DNA of 64,000 bases. It comes from Takakia lepidozioides. Taxonomy: Eukaryota; Plantae; Bryophyta. Below are positions 1 through 12,096 of the stretch, piece after piece. A program made the position numbers and the translations under genes. Position 1 is the first letter of the stretch; every line of letters begins with the position of its first letter. Location of the stretch: the NCBI GenBank assembly GCA_030704615.1, contig CM060731.1:38068001-38132000 (forward strand). The letters are read 5' to 3'. Below the pieces are notes generated by a model. That model ran no database searches and was not told the origin of the DNA. It worked only from the letters and a program-made list of their open reading frames with translations.

Positions 1-3000
1 CCTCTGCGTCCTTGTTCAGCAATCCTGCTAGTCTCCTCTGCTGTCTCAGTTTCTCACCTCCGGTGTGGAGTGAAAGCTGGAAAAATGATTGAACGCCTCA
101 CACGCTATGGTTCACCCGTCTATAATATTGGTTGCCAGATGAAAACAAAATGACGAGAGCAGGTTCCCTCTTCCGGAAAGCCAGCTGTGAGCTCACCACT
201 GCTACTCCTCATATCAGCTCATCATGTGAGGCATTGATTCTGAGTACAAGGCTGAGGATCTAATGGCAGAAAATTCAGAGGAGTCCCAGACTTGCTTAGA
301 GCCAATGTGGAGATCAGCCCCGAGGATGCGGGCGAAGATTGTTCAGCGCCCTGAGCTGCCAACCCACCAGGGACGACAACCACCTTCCTGGTTATGGCAC
401 ACATAAGCATCGGTACTTCAACTCCTGGCCACCTTACTTCTTTTGCTCATCGATCCCTCATTTTCGTCCCTATATCTGTATGTGTATTTCACCCTGCTCT
501 CCCTTTGCCTGCTTGCTCAGTCTTGCTAGTCGAGATCCTCTCCTCTTCTGTATCATACAGTCTTCCGCAAGTAATTTTAATCTCCCCATCCTCCCTCATA
601 TATCACCAAGTCATGGCTATGGCAGTGAGACCAAGAATGAAGACGTACCCCATCGATTATGAAACTCCGATCCCCATCTTATAACCTCTTTTGCTCATCG
701 ATCCCTCGTTTCTTTCCTGGATCTGTATGTGTATGTCAACCTGCTCCCCCTCTGTCTGCTTGCTTAATCTTGCTAGTCTTGTCTTCCATATCAGTGTCTT
801 CCATAAATCTCCCCAGCCTCACTCTAATTTTTCTTATCGTGTCTTCTGGATCATGTCCATCAGTAATAAAACTCTGATCATCCTCAACGGATCATCCTCC
901 CTTTTTGGGTCATTTGATCCCACTTTTTGTCCCTACATCTCTGTCTATGTGAGTCTCCCTCCAGATGCTTCATTGTTCAATATAGTACTTAACTTTACTT
1001 TTCTCCCTCCTATTTCTGTTTGGAGCAAAAAAGATTGGACATCTCAATGTATAGTTCACTTGTCTACAATGGTGGCAAAACGAAGACAAAGATGAAGAAT
1101 CTTGATAGGAGCCTGCAGGTTCCTATCAACGCAGTGTGTATTCCATCACTGTCAAATCCAATTTATCATGAAGAAAACTCACCAAATGTTCAATGCATCC
1201 ATACAAATGCACCTTTGGTCGTACCATACTCCAAAGATATTTGATTTTTTAGGATTACGGTTTAGAATTTCTAGGCTCTCTAGGTGCTTGGCCACCCAAG
1301 GTACCAAAATATATGCCTGAGGATCAACAACAAGTACATTTTCAGTCACCCTAAACTCTAAATTCTCTATTGGTAGTTACAGGGCTCACTAAGGTAGACA
1401 TCCCAAGATGCCCACTAAATTTGTGACTATCAAACAAAATGGAGAGAGAAATGTTGGCCCACTCTGGCAGCCACCACCAGAATTTGCCAGATTGAAGTAA
1501 TAAAATGGAACAGAAGTGAGATCTACCTTTGGCACCCCAAGGTGGCCATTCTGTTTGGCATTTAAAAATATGATAGAAAATGGTAGGGCCATTTCAAGTG
1601 ATACTTCCAATAAAGTGTGCGCACTGGTGCAAGCTGTGGCCAGGGAGATGTTAAGATGACAGTTTTCATGAAAGAAGAAAGTATCTCTACCACACACTGT
1701 CATTGTCCCTGCCCCTCCAATCTAGAATGAATGCGCCTCAAATATATAAAGGAAGTGTTTAACAATACCCTAACAAAAAGTTGTGTCATGGAGCCTGTTC
1801 TGGGTCTGCAATCTGTACATATATGCCAAATGTCCCTAAAGAAGCTCAATTTGAGTACAACCTAACAGCCCAGAGTACTTTGCGGTCATAACCTACTAAC
1901 CTTCAACCTATGTGCAAAAAGTGACAATCTGCCTGAAACTCAGGTTTGGAGAGATGATTGACAATGTGCCAAAAGGCAATCGGCCAACCTTATCTGTGTG
2001 CTCAACCAAAATGTCACCGCAAAGAAAGAAACTTTTGCAGGGAATCCAGAAGACTCGGAGGCCAATTGTGTCCTTTACCCATGATACGTCAGTGTAGCGT
2101 GAGTCGTGATAGCATTAGAAAGAACCAGTCCCAGATCACACTATGCTAGGGAGTTGCAACCAAGCTGTTATCAGCACTACTCGATCACTGAATATTTCAG
2201 CTCAAGCAACACGTGATAACATTAGAAAAAAGAGCCAGTCCAGATCACACTATGCTAGGATGTGTCCACAAAATCATCCAGTTCATGGTTTATACAGAGA
2301 AAAAGTAGTGAGAGGGACCACAAGGGAAAACCATTCAAATTCCATTGATGTATTGAGCACATTTTCGGGGTGGAAGGCCTGCCTCACAGCCCATACATTT
2401 GGACAACGCAGCAACTCTGGACTAAGGGATAGGACTTGATATGAAAGACTCTCACTCATGAGTAGCAAATTTTGATGAATGGGATGGGCTGCAAATCTTC
2501 TTTTCTGCAATGTTTCTACCAGAAATGCTGCCATATGTAAAACCAGAAAGAAAGAGAGAACTAGGTAGCAAGCTTACCAGGGTAACCTTTTAAACTAACT
2601 GATATGTCCTCCATCTCCAGAATGGCCTCACCTCGATCCCCAACCTCGTAGAGTGACACGGCCCGCCCTACTCTTGCATACTCGGCCAATGCTAAATCAC
2701 CAGCATCCTGTGTTACCTGTACACACCCCCATATTTACTTGTGGCATAGGAAGTAGCTGCATTGAATATCATGAGATTCTATGGATGTCTATGATCTCAG
2801 AGGAAATTTCTCTGATAGAGTAAGCACTGGTTCATGCTTCAATCATGTTTCATGCGGACCTCCTTCAGGTATTCATAGTCTGTATTACAACAAAGAGGAA
2901 GGATGTCAATTCCAAATGAGACAAAAAGGGGCAACGGGGGACCTGACTGAAGCAGCGCAAAGCTTCGGGGAAGTTACCACGGGCCTATGCCTGCTTGCCC

Positions 3001-6000
3001 GTGTCCAATAGCTCCAGTGCCTCTGACACCCTTCTGGAGAATGCATCACTTGCCTCTCTCTCTTCTTGGAATATGGGGTCATAGCCCTGCGACCGCACCG
3101 CAGCAATAGCCCCACGAATGTCCCCAGTAAACATCTCCATTGCGTGCGACGTTGGAGAGCCCAGAATGAGACAAGCCAAGGCCAAGGACGCCCCTATTAG
3201 CCATCTGCTTCTAGACAATTTGAGGTGGCAGCTGCTCTCTTCTTGGGGTGGCATTTGCCCACGCATTGGTACTGGAAAATGTAGGGGCGAGAAGGGTGTA
3301 GATTGGAAATCACAACTGAACGATTGTTCGGGCCATTGCCCATGGTGTATATGCCCACTCCACTGACGACTGATTTTCGGTCTAGGGACCAGAGATTCGG
3401 CCTTGAAGAGAGAGAGAATCGTACAGGTCACATACCAAGATTTTGACAAGGTTTTCTGGAATGGGTGGAGCTTGAATGGCATGATTTTGTGCAAATTGCT
3501 ACTCGCTAAACTCAGAAAATTTGAAGCAGGAATAGGGTGCCATAGTACCACGTCACGTCGCCAAGTAATTGTCACCATGCCATTTTCGCCACGTCATTGT
3601 TCCCATGTCACACATCATCGTCGCCAGGTCATCGTCCCCACGTCATTGTCGCCACGTCATCCTCGCCACGTTTCGATGGTGTTTCGGGGCTTCTTCACCA
3701 TCCATGCTCGCCTGGCCCAGCCTCCCAATCTCGATACTGTATGTTGTTATGCCCGTTCTGTGTAGCTGTGAAAAGCATCACACAGAAAACGCTGTTGTCA
3801 GCAATGGTTGAGTGGAGTAGTTCGGAGGAGAGTAATGGGTGGCCTCCTCATCGCATCCCAAGCACTGAGACTAGTCTCCGACCTTCGGTCGTCGCTACAA
3901 TAAAAATAAAACAGTTTCTCTTAACGTACATAAATGTCTTACAATTAACTTATGAGTTGATGAAAACCTCTTTCAATCTGGATGGATCCAGCATGTCTTG
4001 ATTGCAGTGCTCCAGTGCTAAATCAGTCAGCTACTCAATCCTTTAATCAGACAGTGTGGTAGTGACGTTGGTGATGGTTGCAATCAGCACTTCTTGCCAA
4101 TCTACATGCGCGGTGTGGTCAGGCCATGAAGGCAGAGCCAAATGGGAGTCATAATTAGTGATCATCAGTCTATTTCTGTGTTATGAGTAGACAAGGGAAA
4201 AGTAAATGGGTGTATCACATCAACAATAGCACACACTCAAGTAGGCCTGAACTACATCAGCAGGACATTCAGCACTGGCAAGAGCATTGCAACATTAATA
4301 AGATAGTGGTAAGTTAACAACGAGAGCGCAATGATACTAAGTTAGCGCACTATAACGCCATTAATGTCAGTTATGAAGCATCCGTATCGACTGGTGGCTT
4401 ATTATACTTTTTTCTGTGTCAAATGAGTGAATAATTCCCGGCTTTGGTTAAACTATACTCATGCACCTTGTACAGAAATCTATATTGGATCTATATTGGA
4501 CGCATTCCCATGTAGAGATATGTTCTCTGGAGTAAACAAGTGAACTCCCTAGCACAAAGATCGTGCACCTCGTTGCAAGTTATAACTATGGGTAACTGCA
4601 ACGTGATCTCCATCCAGACCAAGCAAGTGAACCCCAGCTCATGTCGCCAAGGATTGTGCACCTCGTTGCAGGTATCTTATGGGTAAGGCAACATCATCTA
4701 GGGATGTACCCACATCAATAAGTAAGCTCCACCGTGAATATATCATGTTGTAGGTAGCAAAGGCTATGTGTACAAATCCTAGCAATTTCTTCCAATCTAT
4801 ACACTACTGGATACACTACTGGACATCTAGCTCACCTCAATCTGCACACAGTAATTACAATGGACATGTATCTGGAAAATATGGAAGGAAAATGCAACTT
4901 TTGGACCAAAATGGGAGACATCTACGTACCAGCTGAAACAGATTTTCAGAGTTTCTTCCAATCTACACACACTGGACATTTAGCTCACTTCTGTCTTTTT
5001 CAATATGTACACAAGTATAGACATACAGCTCACCATATTAAAATTAAATAAGTTGAACTGATCCGTGCTGACGCCGCTCCAGCGGCATGCATCTCATTGT
5101 ATCCAAGGAGACGTGCAAATACTGGTGTAGAGATGAAACACAGGCCGGAGATTCTTACAGTACTGTCATGTCGACCGCTGCTTTGAAAGCAGCTCTGTTG
5201 TAACCAGCTGCAAGTTGATCAAATCTATGATCCATTTTGGACATCTAGCTCACTTCTGTCTCATTCAACTGATCCGTGCATACCTCGCTGCAGCCGCATG
5301 CATCTCGTTGTAACCAAGGAGACGTGCAAATAGCGGTGGAGGGATGAGACACGTCGATGGGAGGGAGATGCTTAGAGTACTGTCATGTCCACCGCTGCTT
5401 TGACAGCTCTGTCGTAGCCTGCCGCAAGTTGCGTAGAGACACCGACCACGTTCGCCTTGCCGAGCCACGATCAGCAGCGCTGGTTTGTCGGTTGTAGGCT
5501 CAGTAGCTGCTCACCAGACGTTAGCCATCGAATCGGCATATGCGAAGTTTCTGCAGGTTCTGGTCAATGGGCTTGATGTGCTTGGATCAATCGAACCGTT
5601 TTGTTGTTGTTGTTGTTGTTGTTTTGTTTCTTTACCATGCAGTTCACTTACCAGTAGTGAAAGCAACTAATTACATATCCTTAAGAGAAAGTATTGAAAT
5701 GAGCTTAAGATATATACCGTACAGAGTTATATCACTGTAATTTTGTTCTCATTGTGCAGAAAAATAAGGATCCTTCCCAATATTCAATGGGGCTCGCATC
5801 CTGAGTCCCAATACAAAATCTATGATATAATTTACATTTACTTTAATATTTCCAAGCTGTTTTAGTTTGCTGAGCCATGATCATCAGCGCTGGTTTGTTG
5901 GTTGTATGATGTTTGTTACAACTGCATCCAAAGCACAGTTGTTTAACGTAAAGGATAGTGGAGCTTAGCCTCAACTTAGCACAATGCACGTGTGTTCCTT

Positions 6001-8934
6001 GCTCCTTGCCTTTTGTATCAGAAGCCAGGATCATCCGGCATTCCTTCTAGCTTGTTTATGGTAGAATTCAAGTTGTGTGGTGTAATGTAATCCATAAATT
6101 TATCCATGAGTGCAGATTGGCAGGCTAATTAGTGCTGATCACCGACTACCACACTACCAAGATTGTGAAACCCTTGGGACTAATTTAGCACAGGAAGATT
6201 GAAAGAGGTTCCACTACTCAGCAACTGCCTTCAGAAGTTGGACTTTACCTACAAGCAGCGTCATGCAGGGTTGACCATGAGGAAGTCATAAAAGCCTAAT
6301 TTTCTTTTCCTGTAGATTAACCTTAATTACCTCCCAAAAAGTGTGGACTTTTGCCAAGCAAGAGTAAATGTGTGGTGTCACTTGACCCCCAAGGGCTACT
6401 GCTTATGTTACTTGGAACTTAACCTCACATAAGTTAAGATGGAGATTAAGATCCACATGTGTCTTATTATAATTACATGGTTCCAAGGTTCTCTCACATA
6501 ATTTCTATATGGGTTTTGAGGCATGGTATACAACCAAATAGAAAAGATTTACCAAGTTGGTCACAAAATGGAGCAGAACAGGTAGGTTAGTAGACCCTAA
6601 AACCTGCGCTAGATTTCCCTTTTTAATCTTTAGGGCATTTTGAAGCAGAATTTACCCACTAGTGGATCGCAATAGGGGCAGGAGCATGGAACCCTTGTCC
6701 AGAATTGGCCAATTGGTGGAACTCGCTCTTGTCCCTTGGATGAGATATCATCTAGGGTAGAAATGGAGCCAGGTAATCAGGGGCGGATCCGGATGTTCCA
6801 CCGCATGACAGCCTAGTGGAACCATGATTTGATTTGAGCAGATTGAGCAGATGTTTATGCAGCGCGGATAGGAACTTCCAGAAACTTTCTGCCTGGAAAG
6901 TTTCTGTAGTCAGTGCCTTGTCTGCTCCTATCCAGGGACAGGGGGGATGGGTATAAGAGAGGGAGCGGAGAAGGGAGGAGGGGGGTTCCACCAGGTATCT
7001 TATGACTTCACCCACCATGACCAATTCTTCTCTCTATTTTATCTCAAGGAAGAACCTTGGGATAATGCTCCGTTAAACAGTGAGCGGCTGTTGATGCAGG
7101 GGCTCTCAGTATGTCTGATACAGAGGCAGCCTGTATGACTGGCTCTTGACTCGAGGAAGAATGGAGAAGGCTAAATGAGACAGTGAGGACTTATGTTTGC
7201 AGAGGCACGAAAAGGAGGGACATTAATTGCTCAGGTAATTAAGCCTCTTTAACTTAACTTATGGGAGAGGAAGTCGTATAGTTTGGAGGACCGTATGCTT
7301 GTCTTGTTGATCATTGCTGTACGGTTCAATCAATGATCAGACCTGAAAAAGCAACTTCCAAAGAAGTCCACAGATCAGATGAACCAAAAGTTGCAGTTGG
7401 AAGCAAAGAGCAGACGAAGCACACTCCTCCATGACCATAAATGCTTGCCTTGTTGATGGACCTTGCGTTCACCTGCAAACTTCCAACTGCAAACCGTGTT
7501 ATTTTCAATGGATCTCTTAGTTGCTGCTCAGTTGCAACTTGCTGCAAATCCATTGAGACCAACACAAAAATTGCTGTTGGCAGCAAAGAGATGAAGAGGT
7601 TGAATTTGAGCTATTGGATGCTTCTATGGTCAAGGAATGACCTCTATCCTAGTTGTACATGTAGCATGCTCATTCAATACAAAATGTCATGAACTATTTT
7701 GTTTTTGGAGTAAGATGGGTGGTGGGGTGACTGCAAGATCCTCAAAGTGCACCTGCCCTAGCACCAGAACAGATAGCTGCTGACAAAGCCCCATCTGGCC
7801 GTGCATCTGATGAGTTTCAGGGATCACGGATTGCACCGGACAGACCTAATGTGGTAAGTGTGTTGGGAACTTGTGTGGAGGTGATATCGATGGCCGTTGG
7901 TTTGAATTAACTAGCTCTACACTTGCTCAGATTCCCTCCTGTACCTAAAATCATGAATGGGATATGATTAAGGCCACATGGTTTAGGCAGCAACACTATT
8001 TTCTTCAAGATAACATCAGTGTCAGGCTATGCATTGTCATGACAAGGATATAGACTTCAGGAACATTAGAGGGGAATTCTATACTAACAAACATCCTCTG
8101 GCTTAGTTGGTTGTATCTTTCTGTTTACTGCTCGGAATCCATGGTAACCATATTGCTACCAGGTTCAATGAGCTTCATCTCATGTTTTTTTGTCCTTAGT
8201 CAGATGACCTGTGCAATTCTAGATGGTGAAGGGGGAAGTCTTCTAGTCATTTTTGCTTATATAGATGAGGACGCTCTTAAACGATCTTTCTATTTTGTGC
8301 GTGTTAATTTGTAGGATCTCCTCTGCACACCGACACAGCCAAGCCCTGAGATTTTGGGGAGCCCTTCAGGAGGTTTCCACCCCGACAGAACGACCTTCCT
8401 GGCTCTCGATCACACATATACGTACAGGGGAGGCTTTTTTTTGTAGCTCTCATAAGGATGCCCTACCCCTATACGAGAGTTCAAGGGCTGGGCATTCTTA
8501 TGAGAACACCAGAAAAATCCTCCCAGTCGTAAAGAATGGAGAAATGCTTTCCTTCCGGCTTAATATTTTTTCAGATTTATGGGACTCCCGATCGATTTCG
8601 ATTTACTGTTGATAGCAAGTTACACCAAAAATACCTACTGGGAGGGGTGTTTAGGGTTGTAAAGAATGGAGAAACGCTAAGCCCCAGGACGAAGCCTCTC
8701 TCCATCGGTAATTGAACTCACAGCACCTACCTCTTTTGCTCACGATCCCTCTTCATGTCCCCTGGATCTGTATGTGTATGGACATCAGTCTGTTCTCCTC
8801 TGCCTGCTTGCTCAATCCTGCAGCTAGTCTCTTCTTAATTTAAGTGCCTTTCCATGAATAATTAAACTGCCCATCCGACCTATTTTGCTAATCGATTCCT
8901 CTTTTTGGCCCTAGATCTGTAGGTGTATGTATGT
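1..8934. repeat. Copy 1 of an ~8.9-kb tandem segmental-duplication unit (block A, block B, TPR-like pseudogene, block C)
   Basis: 1-990 recurs directly at ~8935-10050. 1465-2100 recurs at ~49930-50620. 2010-3430 recurs at 41680-43099 and 50510-52080. 3870-8900 recurs inverted at ~44000-49404. Confidence 0.9.
2014..3526 (-). pseudogene. Pseudogene copy 1 of the TPR-like plastid protein gene
   Basis: Near-identical to 50524-52182. Exon 1 has a CAG>TAG nonsense change (ORF ends GKQA* at 2985). The 5' half of exon 3 and its acceptor are replaced by a duplicated ~45-bp motif (2106-2150, 2214-2260). The start-codon region is cut by an inversion at ~3527. Confidence 0.85.
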
Positions 8935-10398
8935 CTCGGCGTCCTTGTTCTGCAATTCTGCTAGTCTCCTCTACTGTCTCATTTTCTCACCTCCGGTCTG
9001 TGTGGAGTGAAAGCTGAAAAAATGATTGAACGTCTCACACGCTATGGTTCATCCGTCTATAATATTAGTTGCCAGATGAAGACAAATTGACGAGAGCAGG
9101 TTCCCTCTTCCAGAACGCCAGCTGTGAGCATCAGGTGTACACCACTGCTACTCATCATATCAGTCCCGCCACAATCCTTCAGGTATAACACGGCAGTGAT
9201 ATGTGTCTTTGCCAGGCACACCAGTGACAATTCCACTAGCAGCCCCGTGTCGTAGTAAATGAGGATCATACATGCTGATTTTGTCCTTCAACTTAAACTG
9301 CACACAGCACCCACCATAAAACCCACATTAATCAACCCATGAAGACTTACATGTACATTGAAAACTAGATAATGAGTGTGAGGGCATTCATTCATGATGA
9401 GTACAAGGCGGGGTACAAGGCTGAGGATGAAGATCTGCTGGCAGAAAATTCAGAGGAGGCCCAGACTTGCTTAATTAGAGCCACTGTGGAGATCAACCCT
9501 GAGGATGCATCGGTACTTCAACTCCTGGCCACCTTACTTCTTTTGCTCATCGATCCCTCATTTTTGTCCTTGGATATGTATGTATATTTCAGCCTACTCT
9601 CCCTCTGCCTGCTTGCTCAGTCCTGCTAGTCGAGATCCTCTTCTGTATCATACGGTCTTCCACAAGTACTTTTAAACTCCCCATCCTACGTAATATATCA
9701 CCAAGTCGTGGCTATGGCAGTGAGGCCAAGGATGAAGACGTACCCCATCGGTTATGAAACTCCCCATTTTATAACCTCTTTTGCTCATCGATCCCTTGTT
9801 TCTTTCCTGCATCTCTATGTGTATGTCAACCTGCTCCCCCTCTGTCTGCTTGCTTAATCTTGCTAGTCTTGTCTTCTATATCAGTGTCTTCCATAAATAT
9901 CCCCATTCTCACTCTAATTTTTCTCATAGTGTCTTCTGGATCATGTCCATCAGTAATAAAACTTCTCATCCTCCATTTTTGAGTTGTATGTCTATGTGAG
10001 TCTGCTCTTGCTCCCTCCAGATGCCTCATTGTTGAATATAGTACAAGTAGCTGCCACCAGATTTTTGGCAATTTAAAGTAATAAAATGGAACTCAATTTA
10101 GGCCTACCTTTGGCACCTGAAGGTGGCCATTTGCACGGGAGGCCCAGGCAGCTTGTAGTAGTACAACAACAGAGAGAAAGGTTGGTTATTGTGCACCTAT
10201 GTTTGTCATTTTAAAAAATGATATAAAATGGTATGGCCATTTCAAGTGATACTTCCAATAAACTGTCTGTTAAATGAAATTGTCATCCTAAGCTCTCCCT
10301 GGCCACAGCTTGCAACATTACGGCAGTCAATTGCTTTGCAAAAAGCAGGTACCTATACTCTAATTGATAAGAAGTGAACAGGCTTTGAAAAAAGAAGT
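8935..10398. repeat. Start of the next tandem unit (blocks A+B), truncated by the mobile-element nest
   Basis: Direct match to 1-990 and to 49850-50215. Homology stops abruptly after GGCTTTGAAAAAAGAAG (~10397). Confidence 0.85.
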
Positions 10399-10876
10399 CC
10401 CTGCGCCCCTACTGTCTTTGCAATTTCTCTGAAAAACAGGTTTGCGAAGCGCCCTCGCCAGGACTGCACGTAGTTCTCCATTGTCTCCGGTTTCGTCCAG
10501 TCCATCTGTAACTTGAAAGTGGTGGTGTTGCAATCCAATTGCTCATGGGCGTGGGTCAGTCTCTGCAACAGTGCAGGTTTCCAAAACATTCATGAATTTG
10601 AAATTGCGATGATGTCCAACACACGCAGCGTATACATCGAAGAGCAGGAGGGTGCCGACAAAGCGGCAATGCGTATTTTGTTCAGGTAATCTGCTGCCAA
10701 TGCATCCCCCTATTTGCAGTTTTGAGGATTTAGCTAAGCAACAGTGGGTATTGCGGCGCCGAAATATACCTCTGCAAGATGTGAGTGTTGGGTAATTGGG
10801 GCACGGTCCACTGCGTATTTCGGTGCCGAAATACCTTATGCATTGAGAACTTCCTCTTGCATGATGCATCAGTAGA

Positions 10877-11824
10877 ATGATTTTTGTTGAACTGCCTCGT
10901 GATTGCAGGTACATAAACTTTGCACTCATTCCGTCCGGAGCCATTCAAAAGGTTCCACCATTCTTCCTGGCGTGGATGACACCTGGAGGTTGTGGTACGA
11001 TGTACACAGAAGTAATGGCAAAGGAGTGGCATGCCGAGCAATTGGTAGACTGTCCCTGGTATGTGGATCTCCCAAGTGGGACCGTTGACCTCTCAGAGGT
11101 TAACTTGAAGAAGGAAGCGAATGCCTGGGCTATGAAGGCGCAATCGGATTCCCAACCAGAGGACGCGAAAAGACTGAAAGCAGAGGAGGCAGCAAAGCAG
11201 AAAGCACTGAGAAAGTCAGCCAAGGCGGTAGCGTTGGCGAAGGAGCAGATGGAGAAGCAGGCAGCTGAGCAGCCAAAGGACAGGAAGAAAAGAACGCGCA
11301 AACAGGGGCAAGAGACGAAGACCCCCACACCCAAGAAGAAGAAACAGCAACATAGTCAGCCAGATGATGAGGATTCTAACGACGATTTCCAGCAGGATAA
11401 CACCCAGGGGGCCACACCTCGTCCGAAAATTCACAAGGGCCAGCGCTCCGGGGGTTCGACTGCAAAGAGATCACTATACGAGGATGCACCTGGCAGACCC
11501 TACCGTGCGGTGCACATTACGGGCTGGGAAGTCCTCAAAACACCCACAATTGTGGAGTGTGTTAATGAAAATTTCCTAACTGCTCTGACAAGAAGGCTGG
11601 AGAAAATGAGATTGAGGAAGGCGATCGAGGCCCACCAGAGGAAGGGGAAGAGGAAGAGGAAAGCCACTGGCAATGATATTGAGGACACTCTCGGCTACAA
11701 AAAGATGATGGAGTATTTTGTGGCGATGAGCCACGGCAAAAAGAGCACAGTCGGGGGCAGGGCGGTGAAAGCCCAATCTAGATATGAATTGTTAGAATTG
11801 AGCAAGAACATGAACAAGAACTAA
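10877..11824 (+). other. Unidentified 315-codon K/E/Q-rich ORF (probably a TE-associated or orphan gene fragment), truncated by a Copia LTR
   Basis: Long ORF with a coiled-coil-like segment (KRLKAEEAAKQKALRKSAKAVALAKEQMEKQ) and NLS-like runs (KKKK, RKGKRKRK). The last ~11 codons come from the LTR starting at 11790. No recognisable domain. Confidence 0.4.
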
Positions 11825-12096
11825 AGTCTTAGACTAAAGCTAAAACTAAAGCTCTCATCCCAACCATAGAAGCCACCATCATACTCTTACACTTAGACTA
11901 GTGGCTTCACCCCCGAGCTTGTACAAGAAGGTCTCTAGAAAGTCCTACTTGGTCACTTCCACTTCCACTATGGTGACCATCCACCTTCTAGCCATTCACC
12001 TTCCAAAGGTGAGTTAAACAAGATAGTCTCTTAGACTTCTAAGCCTTTGGCCTTCAAGACTCTTAGTCTTCTAGATATGTTTAATTACTTCCAACA
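11790..12096 (-). repeat. 3' LTR of Ty1/Copia element (307 bp)
   Basis: Bounded by TGTTAGAA (11790) and TTCCAACA (12096). On the minus strand it is immediately preceded by a polypurine tract TTGAGTGGGAG (12097-12107), downstream of RNase H. Confidence 0.85.

Noticed and set aside
3550-5420. Short repeats as a CRISPR-like array
   Set aside because: Eukaryotic context; degenerate tandem units without unique equal-length spacers, and no cas genes.
6700-7320. Possible L1-type LINE remnant (CSYPGTGGMGIRE resembles C.P...GGLGIR)
   Set aside because: Single weak motif with many stops; not enough to call.
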